Shown here in pieces: positions 27,652 through 41,465 of a DNA stretch of 64,000 bases (the stretch's first letter is position 1; each line of letters starts with the position of its first letter). Under the pieces are notes generated by a model. The model searched no databases. It was not told the origin of the DNA and saw only the letters and a list, made by a program, of their open reading frames with translations. The translations under genes and the position numbers were made by a program. Source of the DNA: Strigamia acuminata (taxonomy: Eukaryota); NCBI GenBank assembly GCA_949358305.1, contig OX442314.1, forward strand, positions 16,058,001 to 16,122,000, written 5' to 3'.

Positions 27652-29374
27652 ATTCAGACGTTCTTAACGTGAATCTCTTAATTGTTGTTAAAACGAGGCT
27701 CTAACGCATAAAAATAAATTGTGTCATGCCTAAACAACATCGCGTGAATAATCTCAAGTCGAGATCTTATTACATAGATTGCAAGTCGTAACAATATTAC
27801 GTGAGTTCTCAGCATGCGGCGCCGAATCTCGTCTTATACACGTTTGCAAATCTACAATCTTCTTTCCTCGCTTTTTCCAATCCCAGCAGACGATCCAAGG
27901 TGTGTCAAATCCTGATTTTTATCTATGAAGACGCGTATGGAAAACTGGATGCTGCATATTTTATAAATTGAAAAGGAAAATCAGTCGGAAGTTGACTTGA
28001 ACCGATTTGAGCAATAAAAAAGAAATTTAAAAAAATCTCATTACAAATTCATTAGCCATTTGGGAATTTTTTTAATAAAAATGTTGATTTTGACATGTGT
28101 GGTAAAGGCATTTTACAAAAGTTAATTAGGGAATGCCTCAGCTGCAGAAGTCATTAAAACTGTCTGTGGGGATGACGCGAAAAAAAGAAAAACAAAACAT
28201 ACAAAGATTTTGACAATGAAATGAAAACGTGTCTTGTCTGTAGATTATCTTGAAAAATTTATGAAGTAATCAACTTTTGCCATGGATTCAATTGCAACAA
28301 ATGTCAGAAAACCATTTCAGAGTTTCCCCACAATAAATTACGAAAGTAATAATTTTTTTCACAAACATGAATGGAATTTTCAATATTTTATTCTCATACT
28401 GACAGACTTATTAATAATTTCTTTTATTTCAATTCAAATTGCAGGAAAAAGAAAAATAAAAAATAAAACACCATATTATTTTTATCATAAGCAGTTTTTC
28501 ACACAAAATCCTATTGCAAAATGCTAACTTCCACTTTATTGAAGCTTCGAAAAGACTACGAGGGGATTCCGCAAGACCTCATGTGCAGACTCTCAATAAG
28601 ACATCACAAATTGAACACGAAAGTGAGAATGTTATGAGAAATGATGAAATTTTATATTGACTTTACTTCATACGGTTTTATTAGAAGCTTGTAGACTGAA
28701 AACAAAGAAGGTGAAGGGGCTATAATTTAACTTAAACTAGGATTTCAACTTTTTGAGCCTACTCATATGTGCATTGCTACTCATTTGATATAAATGTAGA
28801 TAAACGAGTCCTGGGCGGTTATACTGATCATTGGAATTGGTATTGATTTTTACAAAGCCTAGATAAAATGGTTTCTAAACTGCACCTTTGGTCCAGCTGG
28901 GATTTTATGTGAAATTCTAAGTAAATTGAAGTCTCGAGGGTGCACGATGTTCACACAAACTTTATTTCACTTTAACTTTTAAATTTGTTTCATGCAACGT
29001 GTTGATGTTGTGCATTAAGGAAAATTTAATTAGTTTGCGATGTATTTTCCAATTGTGTCGAAAAAAATCTTCTTTAGGAACAATTTTCCGTTCAGTGGCC
29101 GTGTTTACTCGAGGGCTGTGTAATTTCCTGAATAGGCCTCAAACCAGCCACAGAATTACGACAGATGGTTTGATCAGACAAGATACAATGCGTTAACTTC
29201 GTGATTGCTTTTGCAATCACGAGGGAATTGTTTTGTTACAATAGAAGTCGATTAATTGGCACTACAGTATTTAGTCACTGGTTTTCAAACAGGATATACC
29301 GAAACCAACATCGAGCGGAATGGGAAATGAAAAGAGCAAGGAATAAATATATTGCGTGCAATATAGTTATTTTA

Positions 29375-29690
29375 GGGGCCATCCATAAATTACGTAACGC
29401 TCCACGGGGGGGAGGGGGTTTCAGATTTTGTTACGGGTCATTAGTAAGGGAGAGGAGGGTTCTCAATAATGTTACGGTCCTTGAAAAAAAATTTTTTTAA
29501 TGTTTTAAAATTGAAAATATTGCAGTCTTGAGACTAATTTTTGAAAAGTTTTGGGGGGGGGGGGGTGATTTCAGTTTTATTACGTAATTAGGGGGGTGGG
29601 GGTTTGGGAATTTGTTACGGCCTTGTTACAGAGGGGGGGAGGGGGTCTAAAATGCCCAAAATTAGCGTTACGTAATTTATGGACGGCCCC
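29375..29690. mobile_element. PIF/Harbinger-type MITE
   Basis: TIRs GGGGCCATCCATAAATTACGTAACGC / GCGTTACGTAATTTATGGACGGCCCC. TTA target duplication at 29372-29374 and 29691-29693. Confidence 0.9.
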
Positions 29691-32487
29691 TTACGGTCAA
29701 ACTCAAAGATACTCACGTTGGGAATGTTCATAATTTAAAGAGGAGAAATCGGGTGCAGATTTTAGATCAGTTTTTACGATTTTATGTTTAAAAATAAAAA
29801 ATGTGCTGAATTATTTCTCATTTCAAGGTGGATTTAGCAGTTTGGCATATACGTTTGCTTCACTTTTTATATATTATTAACGTTATTCCAAGAAACAACA
29901 AATTCAGAGGTGTGTATTTGGAATTTGTAGTTAATTTGTCGCTAATTCCAAGATAAATAATTAAGAATAATTACTAATTAGCGTGTTTTAACGTATTTTA
30001 TTAGTTTTAGATTTATTTGGAATCTCTGGTACACCGTAATACAATATTTTTAATGGTTTTCGGTGGTAATTTAATCTCCCTGAAGAAGATAGGTTTGTCT
30101 TGACATTAGTGTAAAATCACTGATGAACAAGGCGAGCTCGCAGCACGACTCTCTCCTTTTTTTCCTGTGTAAAATGATCCTTGAGATATATCATTTCAAG
30201 ACATTTTTTAAAGAAAAGTTGTGTCGGCTCTCTTTAAAGCTGATGAATTTAATTTGATAACAAAATATTTCTTTCGTAAGATGAGACGTACTGTAAATCT
30301 AAAATTTTAATTCAAAAGAAATGAAATAAAAGAAACACTCTAAGTTTTAAATTTTAAAACCTTTTTATACAAGTATTCAGATTTTTTTTCTTCCAAATTT
30401 TAAATTTAAATTCAACCAAACGACCGACATTTAAACATTACTCTTAACTCCCATGGAATTTTCATCAATTCAATCCAACCGAGCAGTTCAAATATCTTCT
30501 AATACCCCTCGTTTCCCTCAAGTGCAATCCTCCAGATTTCTATTGGCCGACTAACTTTAATTCAAATCTCTCGCTACCAGTTATCACTCTTAATTCAATT
30601 TACTTGCAAACATTTTTCTCACGAGTCTTCCAACTCCACTGATGATTTACTTGTTCGAATCGTCCGCTTTAACCGCGTCAAATTCAAAATGTTAAAAATT
30701 CCCTTTAAAGGCCACCTCGTGACATATTTTACTGCAACATTTCTGCTAATCTCTCTACTATCACACTTTATCACCCTTTCTATTAAAACTTGAATTACTT
30801 TTCCAACTATTTAACCGGAGCTTATAGGTGTGCCTTCTGTTTCAATGTGAGGTCAATGGAATTTTAGATCCAACCGCGCAAACTCATCTCAAACACGCGT
30901 CACATCTTAAATCATTTTGGCAGCAAAGTAGCAGTATGACTGTCAGAGAACTGTGAACTAACTTACCCAGAATTACTTTCGACTCCTGTTTTTAGTTTCC
31001 TTCCTCCAAGATTTAATTAATAATTGCAGCTTCCAACAGCAACGCTCGAGTTATTCTGGAATATGCGAGTAATTTTTCAATTTTCATGACAGCTTTATTC
31101 TTTATTCTTTATTATAGAAAAAAAAATGCTCTACCAATTTTGAACGGTAGTAAACAATGGTAAATTCTGATAAATTGACCGGCGCTGAAAAAATTCTGAA
31201 AAAAAAGTATTAAAAATACTGAAAAATTACAAATTGATAAATCTGCTAGCACTGTTTGCTTGGTATTTTGTTAATATTAATAATTTTGTGACCAAAACCA
31301 GCTCGTGACATTTATCACCTTTCAATACTGTTTAGTTTTTATATTTACCATAACTCACGGCTTTTATAGATTTCTTTGTAGCTGGAAAAGGAAAGACAGT
31401 TCCAGCACCTTTTTTATGAGTATGGAAGTAATTTAGCACTACGATTTATTTTTGTAGAAAATAGTTTGTTGTTGTGAAGATAGGTGAGAGGCTTAATTTT
31501 GCAGACAAAGTACAGCTAATATTTGACAAGTATTCTATTATTACGTAAGTATGTGATAAGCACAACGATATTTTAGCATTGTAGTAAACAGTACTTTAAA
31601 CGTGATTGATTTTTAATTTATGTTTGCCGTGCCCTATAAATTTTTTATGGCTCTGTCAGTTCAATTAAAATGTTTTTCGACGTTTTTTAGTCTTCCGGTT
31701 GTTTACCGTATAAATCATGTCAAATGCACTGACGCATTATTACGTCACTTGGTGGCGCTTGCGCTTGTGCCTCGGTTCAGTTTTGTTTTATAGTCATGTT
31801 TGTGATTGGATTAAAGCCAAATCATGTTTTCTTTCATTTATAGTTCATTCATAGCCTTTTCAAATCTTACCTCTTCCTCTTTTACTAGCTCGTAATATTA
31901 TATATGTTTAGATTTAAAGTTGTGCCATAATGCTTTGTTTACTTCAACTTTAAAATTTATACAAGAAAACCAGATAATTGGTGCAAATATTTATCCAAAT
32001 ATTTCATTGGATAGGTTTGGATGGGTTAGGTCATGTCATGCATTACAATTTTGAAAAGGTGGCAACCTGGCAACCCTTAATGACGTAAAACAAACAAAGT
32101 TTATTCATTGCAGTAGTTCAGTTGTTCATTTGTAGTGTTAAAAATGTGGCCGTCTAAAACATGGTTTGTATTTTTGCGCTTTTTTGTAGTAAAATGACCA
32201 CCAGGTTGCGGGTAGCACGGATGCAGCCGAGGATGCTGCCTCGAAAGTTGTGCAGTGTTATCCCCATCATCGGTTCCATCTAGTGTTCGTAATTCAAACT
32301 GTATAAAAGATAGTTCCTGCAATAAATACATGAAATGTATACACGTCGTACGGAAATCTATTTTCATTGTGATTTGAATATTTTCTTTATATTTTTTGTA
32401 AATTTAATCAATTTCAACTTTTAATACTTTAGTCCTTTTTGTAATTACGTGTTACCAGTTCGGTATTTTCGATTGCAGTAAAGCCAA

Positions 32488-33275
32488 CACTGCAAAAAAT
32501 ATAGGCTTTATAAGGTGCAAAATTACACCTTTATAGGTTTGAAGCTCTTGTACTTATATTTTGACTTCTTTTTGGGGTTAAATTACACGATTTAGGCGTA
32601 ACGGACATGCGGTGTAAACATTACACCCTTATGCATGTAAACCTTGCAGATGGATACACCTTTGTAGGAATTTTGAAAAAGGTGTAAATATAAAATATAT
32701 TCCAATTCTCTTGATGGTGTAAATCTACTGAGTTAAATAAACACATGGAGGAAATGTAAAAAATAAAACAGCATTCTTTGAGGAACACTATTTTAATTTT
32801 GATTTAGTACAAAACACCTTTTTCTTTTGTTGATAGAACCTTTTCTTTTTAAAATGTGTTTTTAATTTTTACCTAATTCAGATTCGAAACCAGGTCCATT
32901 ATTTTCTTTGGCATGTCGTAAATAGAGAATAGAAATGTGATAGTCCTAACTCCAAAAGCAATCACATTTTGGATGTGCGTTCAAATTGGATACTTATTTG
33001 TTAGATTGAATATATTAAGGAGATCTTTGAGTGTCCTGTACAGTACATCCATGTGCTCTGTAGAAAAAGTGATGGTGTAATTGGACGCCATTTCTTACGC
33101 CTTTTAATGTTTTACACTTTTACGAAAAGGTATAATTCTGCTATTTTACGCCATTTTGACTCCATTTGATCTCACACCTCCCAGTAACACATTTTAGGCG
33201 TTAGAAATTTTAAAAAGGTTATACTTATCTTGCTTTTACACCTTTTTACATCTCCTCTTCTCATTTCTAGCAGTG
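32488..33275. mobile_element. Non-autonomous CACTG-ended (EnSpm/CACTA-like) element
   Basis: Ends CACTGCAAAAAAT...ATTTCTAGCAGTG. Many internal TTACACC/GGTGTAA motifs in both orientations. Confidence 0.6.
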
Positions 33276-36200
33276 TATCGTTTATTTCTGCATTTATCTT
33301 GCGCACTTGCACACATTGTTTTTAGGGAAATCGCCGATCTAAATTCCGAATAAATTTGCAATTACTATCAACTTTAAAATCACTTAAAATAGGTTGGTAA
33401 TTTTACTTTGAAACTGTTTATAGATGATTATTGAATGAATAATGTTCTCAAAGGACACCTTGTGACCTATTATGCGAAGAAATGAAGAAATGAAAAACGA
33501 AGTTTTTATTTCTTCTTTTAACTCTGAGTGATCAAAACGGAAGTCGGTCAATCTTCAAACGTTCATCCAGATATTGCAAAATTAAATTCCTTTGTGGTCA
33601 ATTAAATGTGGGGAATGGATGGATTTATTGGAGTTTCCTTCCAAACTTGATCGAAATTTTTCACGTTGAGGCGTATCCGGTGGTTTTAAATTAATTTTCA
33701 TCGCTAGGTAGAGCCACTTACTAGCACGTCGAAAGATAAAAACCGGCCAAACGATGTATAAATCAGACACAGATTAAAAATTAATAAGTCTTTGCAAGAT
33801 TTATTTACAAATAAAAAAAAAAACGGACACAGACATTCCTAAGAAGTCTTATCAATAATATCATTTTGCTTATTACGATTTTCCACCCTATTTAGTACTA
33901 CACTCTAATCCAAAACTATCATAGAAAATGCGAGGTACTCTCATTTGCCAACAGATGTCGCATTTGATCAAGGTTATTCAGTGAGGCTTCAGATTCTCCT
34001 ACAGTGTGCTTCCCTCTGGAGAGTGGTAAACGCCGGTCAAAATTTTTCATTTCAAACCTCAAACAAGAGAATAATCTGTTATTCCTCGCACTGCCGTTGC
34101 ATTCCTTCCAATACGAACCTTTTTGGGTTTAATCGGACAACGCTCAACGTATTATTAAGGTAAGATATGGCTAATTAAGCAATTTTCTTTAAATATTTTC
34201 CATTTCGGCGTTATAATTTTTGTCGCGCGTGGCCGTTACAAGCTTTTGAGTCTTGCCTGAACTCGACTGAACCATGTTAAAATCTACTCAATTTTCATGA
34301 AAATTCGGAACGAATTGAAACAAAGTGGGTGCTATTTGAAGGTTAATTACTCTTTAATAACGATTGTTTTAATTTTAAATAACCATGAACGAATAAGCGT
34401 GGATAATGTGCGGTTTGAATTTAAAAATGGTGACGACGACGAAAAAAAAAAATCAATGGCTAAAATTAAAGACACAAAAGTAGAAAATTCACAAGTTTCA
34501 TTTTAATTTATCGTCATGCCGGTTTTACCGGCGAGTTGAAACTTTATCAGATTTGTTTTCCGGTAAACAATTTATGTTCTATAATTAAATTTTAATTTTT
34601 TTTTTAATTTTTAATTTTTTATTATTTTTTTTAATGTGCATGTGTAATTAAAAATCATTTATTTCCTGCCTGAGTTAAGTTCCTATTTACGAATTCTGGT
34701 AATTGTAAACTAAGACAATCCCTCATGTGACAGTTTCACAGGAAATGGACAAACATGTGATTCGTATCATGCAAAATGAATCTCTGCCCTCCTTAGTCAC
34801 AATGAGTCATAAGGAGTTCTTGGGACGTGAAGAAATAAGAAAACACATCATAAATTTTATTTAATATTAAAAAAAAATCTAGTATTTTTTCATTTAATTT
34901 TTATTTAAAATTTTATTAGTGATGAATTTAAAAATTTAAATTTATATTTAATTTTTTTTTATGGTCAGGTGGTATGCTAACGCACGTGATATACAACTTC
35001 AGATTAATCGGTTGATAAAGTTGCGCCATTTTAATTTTTTTTTTTAAATGAAAGGAAAGTTACCTTTTTTTAAACTTTGATTTTTAAGTTTTGTTAGCCA
35101 AGCGATTCTACACTCGGATTCTACAGGTGCACGTTCAAAAAATGGTTGTTTGATGATTCACCACGAGTTCCCATGATTCACAACGACGACAACTGGTTTG
35201 GAGGTTAATTGTTGGAGGGAAATCGTCCCATGTCCACTAACTCATTACCACATACTTGACTTCAAGCTTTACTGAGCACAATAAATTCCAAGCCAATAAC
35301 ACCAAAAAAAAAAGTCAAGAAATAAAATTTAAAAAAAAAATTACAATTTTTACAACTAAATAATTGAATTTAAAATAATTAACAATTTTAGCCATTAGGC
35401 TTAACTGCAGGACTGGGAATTACTCAGTAAGGCTATTGAAGAGCAACTCATGTGGAATCGAGTGTAAATGACCAGTAAATTCAATTATCTCGTATCTAGA
35501 AAAGCAAACTTCCTTGACATGTGTACAAATTGAATGGACAAAGATGTTGAGGTTGAATAATAACCCCGAATTACACGAAAGAGACAAGCACCTAAATGTG
35601 TGGACAATGGACGAGCATTTTTAGTGCGAACCAAATGGAAATCATCCAACTATGAATTAAAAATTCATGCGGTGTGAAGCGGTTCCTATGTTATCCCTAT
35701 GGGAGGGTTTTACAAGGCATCACTTTAGCCGAATTATGTACTCCGGCAAATGACCGCTGCAATATTTATAACGTAAAAGGGTATATTGTATCGCTTGTCA
35801 CAATATTTACTCCACTTTGTGTTAATGAAACGCCGTTTTATGGTCAGATATAGACCTTATCATGTCAACAACCCTTTGTGATTACTTTATCTCGTAAGTT
35901 GTTTTTTTTTATTACATATTTAATGTTAATATCTCGAGGGTTAACGATGTGTCATTTTTAGCCATCATTTGACTGCACTTGACATTGTAAATTTCTAATT
36001 GAATTTCAAATATCTTTTCACTTAATCTAAATTAGTGTAGAATATAATTGTGGAGTGGGAGGGCTCGAATTTGGATTTAAAATTCGATATATAGGAGGAA
36101 GAGATAGCAATTAGGAAAACGGCAGTCTGTTTTTTATGTTGATTAATTGGAAAATTCGAGGAATTGAACAAAAGCTATTAAATGGTGTTAAAAGAGGCGT

Positions 36201-37632
36201 TTATGTTGCGAGTGAAAAGAAACTAGACTGGGGTCCACATTTGTTGATGGATCATTAATCATAAATGAGTTGTGTGGTCCACCTGCTCTAACGACCAACC
36301 TCGCATTCTTCTTCAATGGCTTTTATAAGTTGTATCTCGAGACCTGCTGTAATTCATCCGTTATAGCTTTTTTACCTCCGCCTAAAAATGTGTGCGGGAT
36401 GGGAACTCGTGCATTTTCTGTGCAATTAATTACACCGAGTGGTGAATTTTTAAATTCTACGTGTTTAATTTGATTAAATTATTGTTTATTTTTTTGGTTC
36501 TGCGGGATAAATCAAGTTAGTTTTGTCGGATGTGGAAAATTGTGAGTGAATCAAATCACCCCCATTCTTTTCGAGTTGCATGTCTAATGGATTATTGATG
36601 GGGAAACATAAATTATTGATGCCGTACTATCACTGGGCTACTTCAGCACCATCTCGTTGCTGATGATTCAACCCAAGTCACTTAAAACGCATCGGCAGCT
36701 CGGCATTGACCAGTTTTGAATATTTAAAAAAAGGTGTTGAGATTTAATCAAGAATTAATGCGGCGAGGAATTTATGGGGTACAAAATGGGGTCGTTTTTC
36801 TTTTTGAATGGTGCGCATCGTTTTGCAAGCATGGGCTCCAGATGCATATGGTGTTATCAGTCCAATCTTGGAATTTCAGTGACACTCTCAAAGTTGTCAT
36901 AAAGCTGCTCGTAATGAGGCTTTTGGTAAAGCAGGTTCATTGAGATCAAGTTTGTGAGGCAATATGGAGTTAAGCCCATTTGACTCCCTTTATGACATTG
37001 TTACAACACCATATCCACTTGTTTATTGCGAGAGCGTTTTGCTTGGCGTTTTTTGAAATCAATAGTTTTAAGGATTAGTTTTTCTTGTTTGATCACTTAG
37101 CAACAAAATTGCAGGTTGAGCGTTTTTTTTTAGATCGGGACTTTAAGTGACGATGTAAAAAAAAAGGCCAGTAAAGATAAGAATTCACTTTGGTAATAAT
37201 GCAAGATGGATCGTGATGATTTGGCTGGAAAAGGGCTCTCATTGGTCTGTCTTCAAAGACTTGGGTACTGAGTATTTAGTTGGTTTACCATAGTTTGTTT
37301 ACACAGGAAATACTAGTGCCCAACCTTCTAATTCTTGCTTGATCTGTTATGTTTGAGGGTACTATTTCTAAAAATATTTTAAAATTGTTTTGGAATTAGA
37401 CCTTGAAATATAATACGTTATTTATTATGTCCAGTCGATTCGGAGGTCAAGGCCTATTTTATCTTAAATTGATTTGATTACCCCGTTTTTGTGCGATAAG
37501 CATGAATTTATTTATTATTTTTTTTGTCAATTCAAAATTCAATTCAGGTGATACCACCTGTCAATTAACCTTGGCAAGGTAGAAAAAGTTGCAAATTATT
37601 TCCTCTAAAAATAATGCATACATATACGCATA

Positions 37633-37741
37633 CAGGGTATCTAAAAAAAATATTTTTTACACATTTTTAATAAATTTAAATATATTTTTTTCGTTAGTTG
37701 TGGGATATATAAATATGTATAAATTTTTTTTAGACACCCTG
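37633..37741. mobile_element. Mariner-type mini-MITE
   Basis: TA|CAGGGTATCTAAAAAAAAT ... ATTTTTTTTAGACACCCTG|TA. Confidence 0.75.
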
Positions 37742-38289
37742 TATATATATATATGTATAATTCAATTCTGGTGTTAAAAATCATATTATTCCATGTTAAT
37801 GCAACTTGGGAGCGAGTTCAGAGGATGTGACATTTGAGTCCTGTTTTTAATCACAAAAGGGGAATGAAAATATAAATAATTTTCTCTTTTCTCTCCTCTC
37901 TCTCTCTCTGCAATTGTCCCGTCCTTTAATACACTTGCAATTCTTGTTACTCGGGGTTTTAACTCGCAAATTATACGAGAAAAACAATTTAAAATGCAAA
38001 CTAATTGCATCGAATTATAATCTATTAGAATTTCACCTCCCACCGAATTTTGAAAACACCTTTTCAAACAATCCAGACACGCGAGCTTATTACATTACAT
38101 CATATTCAAATTAATCACTCCAATACCCCCTTTATATCATCACACCCTTTTTTTTTCTCTTCCTGTCTGAGAAAAATAACAATTATCAATTCCAACACCT
38201 ATCACGACTTCCTAGCCCCCACTTAACTAAACTTTTTTTTAACTCGTGGATATCCCCCTGCCCCGATTTTCCCTCTGTATTTGAAGTTA

Positions 38290-38528
38290 GATCACGTGAC
38301 ATATTTCCCCACCCCTTGGCATTCATCCTGGCTCCCCTTAAGACCGACAAATGAGACTGATCCTGCGTTAGGCGTCCACAGAAAATCAATGCGGGCTGCC
38401 ATGTCTGTTGCTTTCCCCGGCAGATGGCTGATGTGCAGACCGTTGCTTGAGGTTCCTTGTACTTTATTGTTGAGTCGGTGCTGGAAAAATTGAGCTGCTA
38501 TAGTGGAAGCACGTTTCTTCATGTAGAT
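38290..38528 (+). promoter_or_regulatory. Putative promoter and non-coding first exon of the Akap200-like gene
   Basis: Palindromic E-box TCACGTGA at 38292-38299. Composition switches from C-rich to G/T-rich here. Strong donor AT|GTAAGA at 38529, and an acceptor at 41391-41393 precedes the ATG exon. Confidence 0.4.
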
Positions 38529-41465
38529 GTAAGAGATTTTTTCATTTTCTATCGAGTTTTTGGTGTGTTTTGTTTGCATTTTTGTGGTAATTTGTTGTGG
38601 AATTTTTTGAAATTTTAAAGAAATTTTTTTTTTTTTTTTGGTTGGAAATTGGATTTAATTTGAATTTTTTTGGGGGGGAAAAATTGTTGTTGCGATTGGT
38701 AAAATAGATGGGTTGGGATAGGTTTGTGGTCACCAAAATGGTTGTGTTTGGGTTATAAATAAGGGGAGGTGGTTCATGGATTCGAAGGAGGTCCATGACC
38801 GCCATATTGGATCTGGGTGGCAGCTTGGATGTTATTTTTCTTGTTTCGCTACCTCCCCTAATGGTGGGGGAATTAGTCCCAAGATTCAATTTCAAACCGT
38901 TACATAGATGTTTTTTTTTGCTTTTTAATAAAAAGAAAATTGTAATTTCAGTTTGGATTTCGGACAGTCGTGGAAGAAATATTTAACGGATGTAGTTATG
39001 TGAGGAATTCGTGAAATTTGACGTGTCCTTTATTTCATTTGTTCCCTAAATAGAATAATTGGAAATGGGGCATTCTTGTTATTGTCTTGCTCCATGTCTA
39101 CCACTACTTCTTGGCCTTGACATCCAAGTGCAGCAGGAAAGCGCTTTTTTAACGGACCAAGGGTAGCGTGGGCAAGGATAATGAAGTTGGTTCGTGTGTG
39201 TACAAAATGAATCAAATTCGGGAAATTTTATCTTGGGTGTACTAAGAATTTTGTTTGATATATTTTTTTTTCTTTTAAAACTAAATATTTTTTCAGTTAT
39301 CTTTTGGTGAACAAAAGGTGACACGAACTTGATGTCATGTCGAGTGATACATGGAACCAAGATTTGAGTTAAAAGTGGGGGTAACAGTGTAGGGGTCACG
39401 TGGACAATAGATAGTAATGTCCATTTACAACGAGGATTGCACAATGACGAAGTTATTTGTTCATTGCAGTCGTATCTTCGTTTTGGAATCAGCAGATGCA
39501 TTCGAAATAGTTTGGAATTTCTCACGATAAATAAATGAGCTTATCTTCGATTCCAAACCGCAAAAAAATAGCTTTGTGCACACCTGGTGACCTGGCGAAC
39601 CATTTTGCAGTGTGAAAATGGCTTTTTAATGTTTTATTCAGTTTTTTTTTTTTTGAAAAATGTTTTAAAAATTGAATTTGCACTTGTTATTGGATGGACG
39701 ATGGAGTTTAAGTGTCCCGCACTCGGGTGTTTATATAAAGATGGAATTTTTCAATTGATCACCTATTGATAGAGAACACATGTTCTGGTAGTTCAGTGTT
39801 AAGAAGGTTGGCGACTGCGCTGGATCGATAGGTTGAGAAATTGATTTTGTCTGCAGCCGCAGCCAGGTGCCAACGCCCTCTGTCTGACAAATAAAACATT
39901 TTGCTTATTTCTGGAAATGCGGGGTGATGATTCAAGCAGTTATTTGATTTGATTAGTATTGGATTTTGGTGTTAAGGGCGATAAGATTTTAGTTATGGAA
40001 CAATGGGAGTCGATAATGGTTTTGACTCGGGTCTTGCGGTGAAAAGTGGTATTGTTATGTGGCACCATCTGGTCCCGCTTTGGCCTCCTAAGGGTTGCAA
40101 GAAATAACATTTTGTTTCCTTTTCTTGTGCCAGTCTCACTTGAAAGTGCGAAATGTTTAGAGTAAATGGCACCAGGAATGGAGAAGGGAATTGCTTTTCG
40201 CTCTGCGCTGGGAAATGAAGGAGATAAATTAAAAAGGATGAGTTTTGAAGATGAATAATTAATTTCAATTTTGTAAAATATTGTGAATTTTTTTTTTTTT
40301 TTTATTTTTTTAGAAATTAAAATTTGTATTTTAACGGAAGATGAACAGTTTGATGGTTTCCATGGCAACATGTTGCTTGCTTGGTAGTGAAAGGGTTATT
40401 GGTTTTGGAAACGTGCCATGTGGATTGGTTCGTTGACCCAGTCGCCTATCAGCCGCGTAGTGGTGAAACCTTGAAATGCCTCTGAATGAAAATGGGCGCT
40501 TATTGATCGGCCGAGTTTTAAAGCTGATTGATGCAAAGATGAGATGTGAAATGTATTTTTTTTTATGATTGACATTGCACGGGAAATAGTTTCGCATAAA
40601 TTTGCATGTTTAAATTATTTTTTATTTTTTTTAGTTTTTTTTTTTAAATTTACTGTTTTATTTAAATTTTTTATTGTGAAAAAACGGTAGGATCAATTTG
40701 CATTATCTTAGCTTACAAGGTGATCACGTGTCAGGGAAGCCATTGTTAGACCTTGTTGTAGATAACAGTCTAGTATAACACACCTACTGTTATAGGATAC
40801 TCTTCGACTGTTGCGTCGTAATTCTATTGGTAAGCAACAGACATTAATGCATAACTGGGAATTTCAGATATCTAGAGCTTTATTTGACGGGTTTAATGCT
40901 ACCATTCTTTTTTATGTAATTATTATTTTAATACGATGTGTTCGTAACCGGTAAATATTGATCGATACTTGGTAAGTGGATTGATTAAATGTCAATCATC
41001 GAAAATTGTATTTTTTTCAAATTTTCTTTTAAAAAAAAAATTGTGAAATTTAGCCGTAATTTTAATTAATTACGCTTTGCGTGGGGAGGAGAAAAATGAC
41101 ATTTATCTGATAAAATTGAACCTTGCTGTATACAGATGACACAGGAAGAGAGGCGTGTCTGCGTCTTATCTCTTTGTCCTCAAATTCCATTGACTGGGAT
41201 GGGTGGATTAAATTAAATATTTTTTTAAATTAGAATTTATGGGTCTGGTATGAAAGGGTTTCTTTATGAAGAGATTTGATGGATTTATGGGGTTTGTTTT
41301 GTGGGTAATTGGATTATTTTTTGCTTTTAAATCACTGCTGATCAAGTTTATTGATGTATTTTTTTGTATTTTTGTATTTTTGTCTTTTTTTAGATAGTTG
41401 ATCTGGTGAAGTGGACCAATTTGTCGCTGTTTGAGTGCAAATACTGTAGAACTCTTGATTAAGCA

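Noticed and set aside
30420..30950. Pyrimidine-skewed block as a gene or LINE fragment
   Set aside because: No open frame or recognisable motif. It may be an old repeat but cannot be classified.
38186..40597. Several 60-150 aa ORFs on both strands
   Set aside because: Low-complexity, homopolymer-driven translations inside the probable 5'UTR intron. No splice or domain support.
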